This document shows, one piece after another, positions 50,035 through 63,280 of a stretch of 64,000 nt of DNA; position 1 is the stretch's first letter; every line of letters starts with the position of its first letter. Position numbers and translations under genes: made by a program. The notes beneath the pieces are model-generated. The model ran no database searches, was not told where the DNA came from, and saw only the letters and a list, made by a program, of their open reading frames with translations. Source of the stretch: Camelus dromedarius (lineage: Eukaryota); NCBI RefSeq assembly GCF_036321535.1, contig NC_087436.1:46812001-46876000 (forward strand), written 5' to 3'.

Positions 50035-50775
50035 TTTTTATTTCACTTACTATTTTTGGTAGGTAAAACTTTCATATATTTCAAAACCCAGAAGTAACAG
50101 AAGGGCAAACAGTGACAGTTTCTTTTCCAATCTAGCCCCAAAGCCAACAGCACCATCCCCCGCTCCCAGGAACGAGTGTAATTACTTCCCTGAGAATCCT
50201 TCCAGTGATATTCTATGTACATACAAGTGATTATGTATTTATATTCCGTCCCCTACTCAACCCACACACTTATCCTCTGCTTTTTTCCCCTTATAAGAAT
50301 ATCTTCAAGATCCTCCAGATCAGAAAAGCACCTCTTCATTCTCTTCTGTAGCCACGTTACAGTTGTTTGGCCAGATGCCCTCCAGTTTATTTAACTAGTC
50401 CCTTACTCTTGATCCCAACCTCCATCACAAATGATGCTGCGATGAAAAATCTGAATACATCATTTAGCTCCTGTGAGAACATACCTACAGGATAAATTCC
50501 TAGAGCTAGAATTGCTGGTCAAAACACATGTACAGTTATAATTCTAACGATGTTGCCATATCGTTTTCCACTGGACTTGTACCAATTCCACTCTCCCCCG
50601 GAATATAGGAAAGTGTCCCCTCCTCAGACTCTTCTCCATGCCACGCTGTCAAGTTTTAAATCTTTGACAATCTGCTTGGTGACACTTTGAATCTCAGCTG
50701 AGTGAGGCTGAATGAATAATGTTCCTCCATTTCAGTTGCTTGTATTTTCTTATTTTGTGAACTGTCTGGCACATG
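50035..50775 (-). mobile_element. L1ME-like fragment
   Basis: 'aggataaattcctagagctagaattgctggtcaaa...ttgtaccaattccactctccc...ttttgtgaactgtct'. Confidence 0.8.
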
Positions 50776-51253
50776 ATACTTGAACACTTACCTGGGCAGG
50801 TCTGGGAATGGTGGAGGATTACTTTAGTGGCCACACAGGCGAATAGTAGGAGATCCTGTCACAGAGAAAGGGCCAGGGCTTAATGCAGTGAAGCTTCAGG
50901 AGCCCGGGCAGCAAGGAGTAGCGACTCTTTGCCAGCGCCCAAGGCAAACCTGGACAGCAGTGGGCTTCAGCCCAGTGCACACAGTTCTAGGTCACATCCC
51001 CCATGCAACCCCTAGGTGGGTGATGATTTCAGAGAGGGAATTATTAGCGATATTATGCTCCAAGTGAACCTAGCAATCAAGAAATTATAAGACAAGCAAA
51101 AAATCTTGAAAATATTTGATACCTACCATGTAAGACTTCATAACCCAACAGCACTAAAGAAGTCTGGTCTTGCAGTTATTGATCTTGGAAGGGAAATGTA
51201 TGTAGATAAGTAGATGATAGACAGACAGACAGACAGATAGATGAATATACATC

Positions 51254-51720
51254 TGTCGACTTTTTTAAAAAAGTGCACAGCATAAAAGCTGTGAATTGAG
51301 TTTATTCAGTGTCTCACCATGGACCAGAGCCTGGGAGACAGCCTCTCAGTTCTGAGAAACTGTTCCAAAGACGTCAGGGGGGAGGTCAGTATATGTGTGA
51401 TTTCAGCAAAGGCACACCAGCAAACACACGCACATCTCAGTAGAAGGCTGCTGCTGGTCACGAGGAACAGGTATCTTTGTTAACAGCTTCAGTGCTTTTC
51501 TAAGTATGGGAAGGTACAAGAGTTTGGGTTCGTAAAATTTTCTCCTGAAAATATCTAACCATCTGAAGGCCTATTCTGCCAGTTTTCCTAGAACACAGAG
51601 CGCCTCATTCTTGATCTCTGCCCTGAACTCTTTTCAGGGTGTGTTGAAGGTCAGGGACTGCAGGGGTTACTGACTCCATCCTTGTAGGGCCGGATGGCTA
51701 GTGACATTCTGTAGATGGCA
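51254..51720 (-). mobile_element. ERV1-class solo LTR (laurasiatherian/cetartiodactyl type)
   Basis: TG...CA ends (tgtcgac...atggca), minus-strand AATAAA at ~51301, and 'agcctgggagacagcctctcag...ctgccctgaactcttttcagggtgtgttgaaggtcag'. Confidence 0.8.
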
Positions 51721-53179
51721 TATACATGTGTAATATATAGTATATTTAAGATATATGATAACATATACATTGTATGTAAGTATTCAAGTATTTCGCACCT
51801 TTATATTAGGAAATGTGATTTGCCCTTAGAGTTAGCTCAATCAATGATTATTTGATGACAGAATTGTTATTAACTATTTAAAAAATTATGTACCACATCT
51901 AGGAAAACAAGACAAACAAGCAAAAAAATATTTCTGCCAGTTAGTGTGTGTGTGTGGCAGGGTGCTCTTTTACTATCAGAGGCATTTGCTTGCAGATGTA
52001 GAAGACTAACCGACTTTTGAATGAGCAAATCTGTTTACACCTCTTAAAAGACGTATTTAAAAGGTAGACTTAATTTTGCAGATTACTCAGAGCCGTATGC
52101 GATACTTGTAAGGCTTTGAAATTCGACAAGCAGAAAGATTTCTTTCCAGGTCATTCTAACCCCTTTCACCGATAGGCGGGCAAGCCAACTCTTGAATAAC
52201 CTGAGGTCCCTGCAGATGGGGATATGTGACTGTCCGACCGGGATGGGCACTGGTAACATTAGAGGCTGTGACTGACTCACGAGATGTGGGCCTTGGAGAC
52301 TTGAAGACCCTTGGGCCCACAGAAGCTGTAGGGGCCCTGATAGACGCTTTGCCACGTGTTACGAGACAACGAGAGGGCAGCACCTGAAAACGTCCAGGCC
52401 TTGATTCCAGAAGGGAGAGGGGGCTGGGAGCCATGTGCACCCAGTTAAGAATGGGAATAAGCACAGAACAATATTAACTTTAGAAACGAGATGAAAGTCC
52501 ATGTGCGCTTGCACTCGCACAGAAGGGGAGACCCAGCGAGCCTCCCACCCCCTTCAGCACCGCTTTTAGATGGAAATGATCTCGTTGAATACTGACACAA
52601 AAGCAAGATACAAACGCAGCGAAGAGCCTTAGCGAAGAACAATTATATGCAAGTAGGTTACATGAAAATACAGTCTCAAGTGTATGATATCTGGTGAATA
52701 TTAATTAAGGAAATTATTCTCAGAGCAGCTAGGGTTTAAAACAAGATCTAATCTCTGCTGAGTGGGTCTGCCATCCTCCCTCTCAATGTTTAACTTCAAA
52801 GGGCTTTGGAGTTGGGGCAAATGAGATTATTATTACTTCAATCTAGAGAGGAAGCCTATTCTAACCAATTTGAGAGTAAATTCTAGAATTACACATAGCA
52901 GTTCATGCAAAGAAGGAAAAAAGATTCCACACTCACCAGTGCCTATATGCTAAAATGTTTCTTAAGCTTTTTCATCTGATCTATTCCGCCTGCAAAAATC
53001 GCACATTTCGAATACAGAGCTGGAGAAGGATGTGGGCCACCTGAAGATACAACTTTATTCACCTGTTCTTTTCGTTGACTTGGGGCCATGAGAAATGATA
53101 AAACTACCATTAACAACAGCTAGCACTTAGAACTGTGTGTCAGGTACTAAGTGTTTTCCTCATATTAGCTCATTTGGTC

Positions 53180-53300
53180 TTTTATTTTTTTTTTGAAGTT
53201 TAGTTGATTTATAATGCGTTAATTTCTGGCATACAGCATAGTGATTAAGTCATACATATACATATACATATTCCTTTTCATATTCTTTTTCATTATAGGC
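53180..53300 (-). mobile_element. 5'-truncated lineage-specific L1 3' end
   Basis: Poly(T), then 'gaagtttagttgattt...ttctggcatacagcatagtgatt...ttttcattatagg', the reverse complement of the 29533/42095 family. Confidence 0.85.
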
Positions 53301-54159
53301 AATATCCATCTATTTCAATCAGGGCAGTGATCTGCTGACCTGTACAACTCAGGGTAGGGGGACAGAGGCAAGACACTGAAAATCCAAAAGCCAAACCTCT
53401 CATTAGACAGGACCAGTAAAATCGAATCATACCCACAGATTTATTTAGGCCTTCCGTATGAGTTTGGCAGATGTGTATTGCTTTCAAGCCTGGGGCAAGA
53501 TAACCAATGACCTGACATTAGAATGTTAGCTGTTGGTGTAAGTCCTGCCGCCCCATTCGGCACTCTCCCACAACCGCAGACAGATGTGGGCACGGGTGGG
53601 TGTTGAAGCGCCCCGACGGTTATGGGTACGGTGACAATGGGACGAGAGGTGCAACGCTGAGGAGAGACAGGATGGCTGCAGATGTGGGCTGCACATGGAT
53701 AAAGGTGAACCCATCCACGTGGGTTCCCCAACAGTCCTTTAGGCTGCCGGGGTGCCCCTGTGAGAGCTGGGGGGAAGTGGAAGTGTGTTCTGACATTTCT
53801 GGGTCCACTGGAGACCCAGAAAAGTCAGGCTGCCCCAGGCAGAGCCAGCCTCATCACCTGCCATTTGCCCCACACTCCAGCCCAGCAAGCCCACCCCTGG
53901 TGTCCCAAGTGTGCTGCGCACGTCCCGCACACTGGCCCGTGGAAACGCTAGCCCCTCTGCCGTGCTGGCCCTTAATCCACCCTCCCATCTTTCCAGCAGG
54001 TAAAACCCTCCTCACGGATTCTGACGACCTCCTACCTCGGAGACTGAGATGGTCCCTTCCTTTACTGTCCTGCTGATCTTTGTCATCTCACCCCATTCCA
54101 GGACTTTCTATTTATTAATCTGTTTCTGTACCTTTCTCCTTCACTTAACAAAACATTTG

Positions 54160-54258
54160 AAAATATGAACTATGTCTTTTGCATTTTCATATCTGCTGCT
54201 CCAGGCACTGTGCCAGGTACACCCTAAGTACTCAGCAAATTGTTGTAGAATGAATGCT
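54160..54258 (+). mobile_element. L2 3' end
   Basis: 'gcactgtgccaggtacaccctaagtactcagcaaattgttgtagaatgaatg'. Confidence 0.7.
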
Positions 54259-55489
54259 CATCTCAGAGAAATCTAAAGTCCTAGAGATGTGTTTTCTTCG
54301 GTCTGTACACCACTTAATAATACATATGTTGTTAATGTTGACAATCTCAGAGATTTCCCAGAAAAAAATGGATTATTTGCTTCAAAAACCAAAGGAGCTT
54401 GCCACACTAGGCTTGAATTCCCGTACACGGTGAGCTGAAGTTGAGGAGTGGCTGTCCCCTTTGGATGAGAGGTTTCCTTTGCAGTTTGCCCCAGTCTCTA
54501 TCCCTCTCTAAGTATTTCTGCCTCACACTTGCCGTCTTCACTCATTTATAAAATCCACCTCAGCCTTGTCAGGCACTCGGCACCTCCGATCCCATCAGAC
54601 CAAGTCATTAGATGGTCCTCTCCTTCTGACCTCCCCTCCCAGCACGTGTGGGCCACGCTGGTTTTCCATCCTCCGATTTTTGCCATACCCACGCCTCCCT
54701 CCCTCAGTCTATTCTGAAAGGGCCAAAGAGGTGGGAGGAGGATGCTTCTCTTGGTTCATGGAAAGGGAGCTAAAGGAAAGATCTGTCTTCTCCTGGCATA
54801 TCAGGTGTTGGCACTGTGAGAGGCAGGATACTGGCCGGGACGGACAAACAAGCCAGCTGGGAACGGCAGCCCCTCCATCTCAGCCAGCAAACACCTTTTC
54901 AAAGCCTACTTTGCATAAGACAGTTCCGCTGACCACATGAGAGTCACGGGGAATAGTTACCTCTGGAACTTCCTTTCTGCAACAGTAGCACCCTGTTTAG
55001 GGAACCAAGGATGGAATACGATCGCCTCATATATATGCTGCCATGAGGTTTCAGACCACCATACTGGCATGAGCTTTCAATGTTGAAAAAATAAATGAAA
55101 GCTCTCTGGAAATAATAGGAGCACTGTGTCCTGGAACCCGAAGAATAATAATCCCAGACCATCAGTCATCCAAGCTGAAGACAGTTTCTTCCTCTCTCTC
55201 TGCGGTGCTTGGGATGACACGACACAGACCCTTAGTCCAGGAGCCATACGAGCTGAGCCGGGGACACAGAAGAGGCTGCTCCCACTGCTGCTGAAATGCC
55301 CAGGAAGACAGGGGGCTTTTCCCTGACCAAGGGTGAGGGTCACTTTCTGTGTGTTAATGTGAAGCACAGTTTGGGAAGACAGATCGTATTTCATGGGCCC
55401 CAAGTTTCTGGACTCGAGGGGGACCATCACACCCACATCTGGAGGATTTGTAAGAATATGAACCACGTATGGAGAATTCACATATTTGG

Positions 55490-55665
55490 AAGCCTCCCTA
55501 CAATCTGAAGCAGTAGGCACTGTCCTTACACCCATTTTACAGATGGCGAAGCTGCAGCCAAGCAGGCTAAGCCACGTCACCAGGTTCATGAGTGCAAGGT
55601 TACCGTTAGAACCCAGGTCTGTCTCTCTGGCCCCAAAGCCCTGGCTCCTAGCTCTCACTCTCTGT
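55490..55665 (-). mobile_element. MIR SINE
   Basis: 'cccattttacagatggcgaagctgcag...agaacccaggtctgtctctctggccccaaagcc'. Confidence 0.8.
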
Positions 55666-55674
55666 TACTTCCCT

Positions 55675-55800
55675 GTTCATTCACCTACATCACAAATATT
55701 TACTGAGCACCTACTATGAGCCAGGCATGGCTCTAGGGACTTAGGGTACAACAATGAACAAAGCAGGTGAGGATCCTTGGCCTCAGAGAAGTTCCACTGG
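55675..55800 (-). mobile_element. L2 3' end
   Basis: 'caaatatttactgagcacctactatgagccaggca...acaatgaacaaagcag'. Confidence 0.85.
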
Positions 55801-57089
55801 ACCCAGCATATACTGCAGTGGTGAATACTGTCCCCAGGTAGGTCTCACTTATAAAGTGCTCAGGGCAAGTATGTAAATTTGGGGAGAGGCATGATCTTAG
55901 TTGCTGTATATGCATTTTTTGAAGTCAATTCAAGGGCCTAAAAATGTTCCTGCTCAACTTGAAAATGAGGTTGGGGTATGTTCTATCAGTTTTTCCTGGA
56001 GGGAAAAAAAATCCCCCAATTTTAATTCCCTTCTGAACTCAGCCACATGTTGAGATAAGGAAGGTGGGGTTATAAATCAACTCAGCTCCCCTGGGAGAAA
56101 AACTATAGTAATAAGCTTTTAAAAAACGATGATAATAATAAGCTATATGATTTCAAAGTGACTCACCATCACTCCCCCCTCCCCACCCCGCCCTTTTTTT
56201 GACAACTGAAATTAATTTTGAAAGGAAAGGCTGTGGAGATTTTCATAGAATACAATCCAGACGTTCTAAATCTAAACCCTCTCACCAAAGAGACTGCAGA
56301 TCTGGAGAGCCTGGGATCTGTTGATAATGCCCTACTCTGTGCCCGACACACTACACCCGCCGCCACATGTCAGTCAACGTGCCGGAGAGCTCGTAGATGA
56401 AGGAAAGAAAGATGGAATGATATTAAGACTGAAATCAATACAGCTTTCTTTTACATTTCCCAATAGTCTCAATAACTTCAAAGAAGCAGATATGAATATA
56501 ATTAATGAGCAGAACAAACACCAAGTGGAAAATAAATCTGGACCTTGTTTTACGAGCACTGCTGGAATGATGGATTTAGAATTGCAGGCATGTTCGTTGG
56601 CAAATCTGACTGCTCACTCATTTCCAAATGGTATAGCCTTATAGAGCCACTGAAGTTGCATCAGCCTGGGTGCCCCTGAGGAAAAATACTTGCTGGAACC
56701 ACTTGGTACCCAACTAAACAGAGCCCTTGTACTTTGATGCATTCAGCCGTGTTAAAATTTATGTTTGCATCAGTATTAGGATGAATCCTCCTACCAGCTC
56801 TCCATTTGGCTGCTTCTGCAAGCTAATCCTACTTTAAAATATGTATATTCTTAGGAATCTGACCAAATGAATAGCAACAATGCTCAGAGGAAATTCACTC
56901 TTGTATTTGGAAAAGAAATAAGAGCTCTCACTGAGGAATGGGTGCAAAAGCTTCCAAAATAACAAAACAAACAACCATACCAAAAACCACACAAACATGG
57001 CTTTGGCTATGGTACTCACTCTGTCTCTAATTGTGCGGCTTCTTTTTGGAAATCCCTCAGCAGTTCTGCTTGTCGGTTTCCTCATTAAT

Positions 57090-57330
57090 GGTAGTAATAC
57101 AAGTATATTACTGGGTGTTCACTACGCATTAGACCAACCCTGTTCTAAAAAGTTCATACACTTTCCTCTTTTAACCTGTTATTACAACAACAGCCCTATG
57201 AAGTAGTTCTGCCACACCCCCTTTTCATAGATGAGGAAACTGAAGCTCAGAGAGCTGCAATGACTGGCCTGTGCTTTTAAGAATGTGAAAACCCGCATTT
57301 TAAGTGAAGATCCTGACTCCAGGGCCTCCC
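57090..57330 (-). mobile_element. MIR SINE
   Basis: 'acaacagccctatgaagtag...atagatgaggaaactgaagctcagagag...cctgactccagg'. Confidence 0.85.
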
Positions 57331-58589
57331 AAGACTATTTTCTTAGGGCTGGTGGTCAGGAGGCCCCAGATATGAGTTCACTTATACAACCCTGGCTAAG
57401 CTGATTCTCTCTGTGTTTCAGCTGCCTGGTCTCTGAAATAATAATACTTGCCCACCTTACATGCTGAACTGAGTATATTTGGCACATAAAAGTCAAAAGA
57501 AAATGAGGAAATGAATGGCAAATTGTGATCGTCTCTTTATATATGGTGGAACGAGAAGCAACTGGGAAAAAAAAAAAAAAACAGTCCTTCTAATTTCTTC
57601 TGGCCTAACAGCATCCCGAGTTACACAGGCCGGGGCTTACTCGTTCTTTGCTCCTAAGACCTCTTAGCCCACTGGGGTTTAACAATTTAAACAGTTAACT
57701 ATTCAGGTGTAGTGTAACAGGTCTACATAGCAAAAATAGAAGAGTTCTGGTAATTTTTCATGAATACAAACTGTGTGGAATCAAACCGAAGCATTCAGGT
57801 CATGGAGTGACTGCTAACAAACTAGATTATTAACCCTGACTTTTCCTTGGGGGTCAGATTCACTACCGGTGCTCCACAGTATTGGTCTGACATTTGGGCT
57901 CAGCGACAATCCTATTTCTAACACAGCTGCCCTCCAAAGACCCCAGGCACTTGAACTTAGCCAGATAATGTCGCGGCAAGCAAAGAAGTCTCATTACAAG
58001 ACTTACACACAGAGAAAGAGAAGTAACAGTTTCTTCTAGTGACTGTCATGAAAGATACACAAATGTCTTGATATTCTCTCTTTTGAACCAGTTGTAAAAA
58101 GGGAAACTGTTTACACCTTTAATAGTACAACCAAGACGGGGAAATCTTGATCCAGCTGGCTGTGAGGTCTTCCCGGGGCAGGAAGTGAGAGCGAGCTGTA
58201 GCCGGGATGGCTCTGTCAGGGCGGGCCTGACTGTGATCACCTGGTTTCGTGGCCCAGATGAGAAGGGGCATCTAGGATGCTCCCGTCTGCTCCAGCAGCA
58301 GCAAAATTAAAAACATCGGGCTGGGCCAAAGGGGGTGGGGCATAAAAAACAAAAAGAAACAACCGCTCACATGAGCGAACCCTTAGTCCTTTTTTAATGT
58401 GGTAAGGAGATCTAAGATCTAATCAGTAGCCTTAATTGAAAGGCTCAGTGAGGGGGATCTCTTAAGCTCCTCTTCCTGCCATTAATTTTAATTTTAGCCC
58501 TCTCGCCAGTGTATTGACAGGAGTGAAGGTGATGCGTGGGGACCAGACATTGTGAACCCTGAGGGCCCCTGGAGAGAGGGTGAAGAGCT

Positions 58590-58810
58590 TCCCCTCGGAA
58601 ATCTGCGAGGCCACTGCGGGGGGCCTTCGGTCCTAGGCTGGGCACACTGGCTGCCGCACCGCCCCTCTCGGCAAAGGCGGGAGGGTGGGCCAGGGTCCTC
58701 CCCCAGTCACCTTTCCTGACGGTCTGCGGGGAGGGGCGGGCCGGGGAGGGGCGCGGCGAAGGGTCCCAAGACTGGGAGGCGGGGAGAAAATGAACCAATA
58801 GAGCAGGAGC
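58590..58810. promoter_or_regulatory. GC-rich promoter-like element (Sp/KLF GC boxes, CCAAT, G-quadruplex)
   Basis: CpG-rich. GGGGAGGGGCGGGCCGGGGAGGGG at 58728-58751, CCGCCCC at ~58659, CCAAT at ~58795. Confidence 0.55.
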
Positions 58811-59059
58811 AAGGAGTGCAATTTAGGCTTTAAAGGACTTCAAAAGGACTGCCGGCTACTCTTTCCCCAATGTTTCTGCAATGCTGCTGGAAGCTCCTAC
58901 TAAGTGCTAAGTTAAAACTTGCATAGCGCTCACTGAGGCTCCCCCTCTGTGCACACTACTGGCTGTTGCACGGGATGAACTGTCTTCTGCGGCACTGAGA
59001 CTTTAATAGTGTGTCCTTTGTGCTTTCACCTGTTTAAAGCCAGACCGAAACCCAGTTAT

Positions 59060-59900
59060 AGCAAAGGCGGTTAATGGATTAGCTGGTGGCTTTTGCCGCC
59101 TGACTGTGTGCCTGTCTTTTCCTCCACTCGGCCGTGTGGCTCCCATCATCTTCCAACAATTTGCTCCTCTTTCTGCTTGACTGATAGCTTTAGAAGTTAT
59201 AAGGGTATTAGCTGAATCCAAATTAAATTTCTTTTTTTTTTTAAAGGAAATGAAAAAAATAAGTAGGTTCTTTTTAGGAGTGTCAACTTCACTCTAGATA
59301 ATCAAACAGGGAACACATTTCAAAGTGTCGACGGTTTAAAATCTATAGAGCCAGATAAACCCCAGACCAACTCTAGCCCTGCCTGGGGTGCAGTGGGCAT
59401 ATTCAGTCTCTTCTCTCCCTCAGGATTTCCACCTGAAAAAAATGAAATAATCACACTTACTAATCTCAGAGTGGCAATTGGTGGATTTAACAGCGCCCTG
59501 AAAACGAGACTTCTTTGTTTAATGAAGCATCTCATTCAAAGGTTCATTCGGCTAATAAAACCCCCGTTTTTCACTTGTGTTTGAAGCTAGTCCATTATTC
59601 TCTTGCGTGTGGTTTGAACCAGTTTTCCATGAGCTGTGGTCGCTCCTGAGGATGGCTATGAATGGCACTTATTAGTAAGGGAAGAGCTCATGAATTCAGA
59701 TCATCCTTAATGCTGAAATGAGCTGTAATGAAGGCCTGAGATCAAAGTGCTCGAGGAGCAACAGCAGATGAATGGGCCCCAGAGCTCGGGTCTGGGTCGC
59801 CGCAGAAAAGGATTAGGAAACTTCACTTAAGTAGCCAGAGAGGTTTCCACAGGCTCGCCTGCTCTGCATTTAATTGTTTATGGGATTCGTGGACGTAAGA
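59060..59900. promoter_or_regulatory. Candidate conserved non-coding enhancer (homeodomain/TCF motif-rich)
   Basis: TAATGGATTA 59072-59081, TAATCT 59461, TTCAAAGG 59535, CTAATAAAA 59552, AGATCAAAG 59739, GGATTA 59810, TTTATGG 59877. No repeats recognised here. Confidence 0.4.
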
Positions 59901-62539
59901 TATACAAATAGTCTCCCTCAGAGAAAGCGGTGTTATCAGATATTTCCACAAGGGAGAGGAAAGGCTTTAAATTAGTAACAAGAAGAACAGAAGCAAGGCC
60001 ATTCTTAACTCCCAGGGAGGGGGAGAGTGTGGGGGAGGCCCCCCCCCAAGGAAGAGCACAGACTCAGAAAGAGGGGAAGAAAGGGAAAGGAGGGGGGAAG
60101 AAGAGCAACCATCTAGCCTTCAGAATAAGCAGAGACCCCCTCTCCTGCCCCAGTCTTCCAGGGAGAAGCGCAGCCCTCTTAAGTCCTGAACATGAAGCAA
60201 AACAGAGAGCCTGACTTGCAGCCAGGGTCCCTCCCTGCCACGCATTAGAGCCACAAGATGCTGGGGGAATGGAAAGCAGATGCCGCCGCGGTGTAAGTGC
60301 TCCAACATTTCACTCTCCTCCTTGAAAAGATGTCAAGGATTATTTGTGTTACCTCCCTGGAAAAAGCAGAGACATTCTCTTCAAGGATGAATGAAAGATG
60401 AGTACAAAGAGTTAATTTGAAACCAATCAAGTCCTGTGTTCCTCTATGGCTTCAGAAATCCTTCTATTTTAATGATGAATTTATTTTCAAAGCAGTGCCG
60501 ATCCTTTTGAGGGGAATTCCACCTCTCACAGCTGCGCGATGTGCCCTGCAGTGTTGAGCTTTCTCGCCCACCTGCTCTTTGTAAAACAGCGTGGACTTCC
60601 CAGAGCTGAGAGTGTGCCAAGCTGGCTGAGCCCGCCAAAGAGCCATCCTCAGCCTGCAGCCAGCCACCTAAGTGTCAGCGAATTCACCACAAACCCCTGC
60701 AAAACAGGCAAAGCAACTTGCTGGAGCCACACAACCACATGGCAAAGCCACAGACGCCCTCTCACCCTGCAAAGGACCCTCTTGAATTTTCTCTGGTTGA
60801 TCTGTTAACCTAACTTGGCTTCCCCTGCTGCCCTGTTCAAAAGTAATTGCATTGAAAATATTCTTTGCAAAAATTTTTAAAAACATCACACCTGAAAAAC
60901 CCTAAACAAAATTCCCATTTTGTATTCCAAGTACAACTCTCGAAGAGACTGGAGGATTCTATCTTCTTTAACTGGGACAGAATTGACATGTTTGTTTTGA
61001 AATAGCACCTGGCCATGACTTTAAAAGCTCCACTTAATAGCTTTGGGTTCCCTGTTTTTCTTCTTTATTCAAATATATCTAATTGTAATGTTCTGAAATT
61101 TAAATGTGGTTGCTATACATTTGGTTATCAACAAAGAATTTCTGGATTAATGCAGAAGCACATTTAATAGGCAGAACGCCGTCCCTTTGTGGCTTTGAGG
61201 GCATCCATAGTTCTCTTAACTAGGAGGATTATGAGAGCTGACCCTTAGCAGTGAAATATGCCCTGTCCTCCTCTGCAAAAAGATTTGTCCTTGTAGCTCA
61301 TTGAGTCATCTGAGGCCCATTATTACCCACTCCCAATGTTGTAGCAAACACGATAAAACATGGTACCAAGTACCTCTTTTATAATTATGATTCATTGGAA
61401 GAATGCACAATTTGCTCTAAGCTAACTTTACTGAATTGTACATGGCATAACCTTTATTCTTTTCTTTCAACTTCAATATCTAATTTTTCACATCTTTACA
61501 GTTCTCCCAAAGTTGGCCAAGAATCTCAAAATAAGGTGATGAACAATCTGTGTGCATCATGGCAGAAATAGTCATTGTGATAGTGACAGTAGTGGTAATA
61601 GTAATAGGCTAAAGGCGGGGGACTGAATTTTATTGAGCTTTGTTGAATAAGGTTTGTTATTATCACCCTAGGGCATCAAACTTCAAGTGCTTTCTTCTCT
61701 GTCAGTCCTTGCTAAGACTGTGACTGAGACAAAGATCACTGTTTATGCTACAGCATTATATAATTTAGAAATCTAGAAAACGCAGCTCACGAGTGTTACT
61801 CAGACAGCAATTTAAAGGTTCTCAGGGAAACAGCATGCTTCAGTGAAGTATATAATTTGTTCCTATTGAATAGAAGGTATGAAGGTAGAGCTTGCATACC
61901 CCCAGGTACTCATGAGGAACAGAATTTTCAGGATGCCTGTTAGCTCTCATCACTTCCATTCTTAATGTCACAGAAGACCCACTAGTGACCATAGTGTCAC
62001 ACGTGCAGGCTGCCAGGTGACCCTGCAGACACAACTTGTTACAAAGAAAATTTCCAGACCTCTGGGGAAATGGCCACACGGCAGTGTGTTCTCCTTGTTG
62101 CTGTGTACCAGCTTGGTTAGGACTTGGGTTTAACACACAAAGCAATCATTTAGATCAACAGTTTAATGTGATTTACCTGAATATTTAAATATATTATTTC
62201 CACTAGGGGCGCTTATTGTCTCCAACGGAAAATCTAAAGCAGAATCAAATAGGAAGCTTGTTAAATCCTCATAGTGAACCTACTGGTTGTGCTACCTCTA
62301 ATTCTGGGTCTCAGACACAAAATCTACTTGCTGGGCATGTAAGTGAACAAGCCAGCTAACTCCTAGACTGCATAGTAGGAAATCAGTCTAGAAATATGAG
62401 AACACCAATTTGGAGTTTTGCCCCACCTCATATTATAAGAATCTCAAAGTTGCGCTATGAATGTTTTAAAGGTCCGCGTATGAGTGTTTGGCTAGACCAG
62501 CTTGTTCACAGCGATACCTTCACAGCCTTGCATAGCATA

Positions 62540-63108
62540 TGGAAAACAGTAGGTTAAAGCAGAATTGAGTTGCTTCCCCGAATGCATTTCTCCCCCATTG
62601 AGTAGAGGCTGTGTAGTTTGTATGGGATTGTCTATCTCTTCTCCAACCCCAGGGGTGGACCCTAAATAGCCTAGACCAATCAGTGTAATCCCAGTTCCCT
62701 ATGGGATTACACACAATGTAAGTGATGTGTGTAATCATTGTAAGCCACAATGATCAGTCTAAAGAAGGCACATGACCCAAGTTGGTCCAATAGGAGTGAC
62801 ACCCAGACCTTTGCTGATTAGGAGAGAAATTGTTTCTCACTCTAGAGCGGAGTGCAGATATGTACACAGCCTGTTTGAAGTAAAGAGCCATTTTTCTACT
62901 AGGAGAAACACTAGCCTGAGGATAAAGGCAGTACCCAGAGGAGAGACAGGGCTGAGAGAAGTTTAAAGAAACAGAGCCCTGATTCTGTCATTCTGAAGCT
63001 TGAAATAACCCTGAATTTTTCCAGTTACGTAATCCAACAAATTATGTTTATTGCTTAAGCCACCTTGAACTTCAGTTATTTGCAATCGAAAGCTTCCAAA
63101 TTAACAAA
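62540..63108 (+). mobile_element. MaLR LTR MLT1J-like
   Basis: 'gcacatgacccaagttggtccaat...agcctgaggataaaggc...agttacgtaatccaacaaatt...attgcttaagcc...atttgcaatcgaaag'. Confidence 0.85.
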
Positions 63109-63235
63109 GAATCACTCAATAAATATTTGTTGAATGATTGCACAGTTACATATATTATCATTTAGTCCACATAAAAATGTAACATTATTAATTACCATTC
63201 TGTTACTAAACTTTCTATTATCAGCAAGCTCTAGA

Positions 63236-63280
63236 TACATGCTCAGGACTATACTTCAATTAAAAAAATATACATGTATA
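63236..63280 (+). mobile_element. Ultra-truncated young L1 insertion (45 bp) with perfect 17-bp TSD
   Basis: TSD tatcagcaagctctaga at 63219-63235 and 63281-63297. The insert contains the L1 terminus 'gactatacttcaattaaaaaaa'. Confidence 0.85.

Noticed and set aside
52553..52575. REST/RE1 site (TTCAGCACC half)
   Set aside because: The right half-site GGACAG is absent.
62200..62212. CTCF-like CCACTAGGGGCGC
   Set aside because: One G short of the core spacing, so a weak match.
70..62966. ORFs in the six-frame track as protein-coding genes
   Set aside because: All are under 200 aa, many start at non-ATG codons or lie in repeats, and none shows a recognisable domain. This fits chance ORFs in non-coding mammalian DNA.
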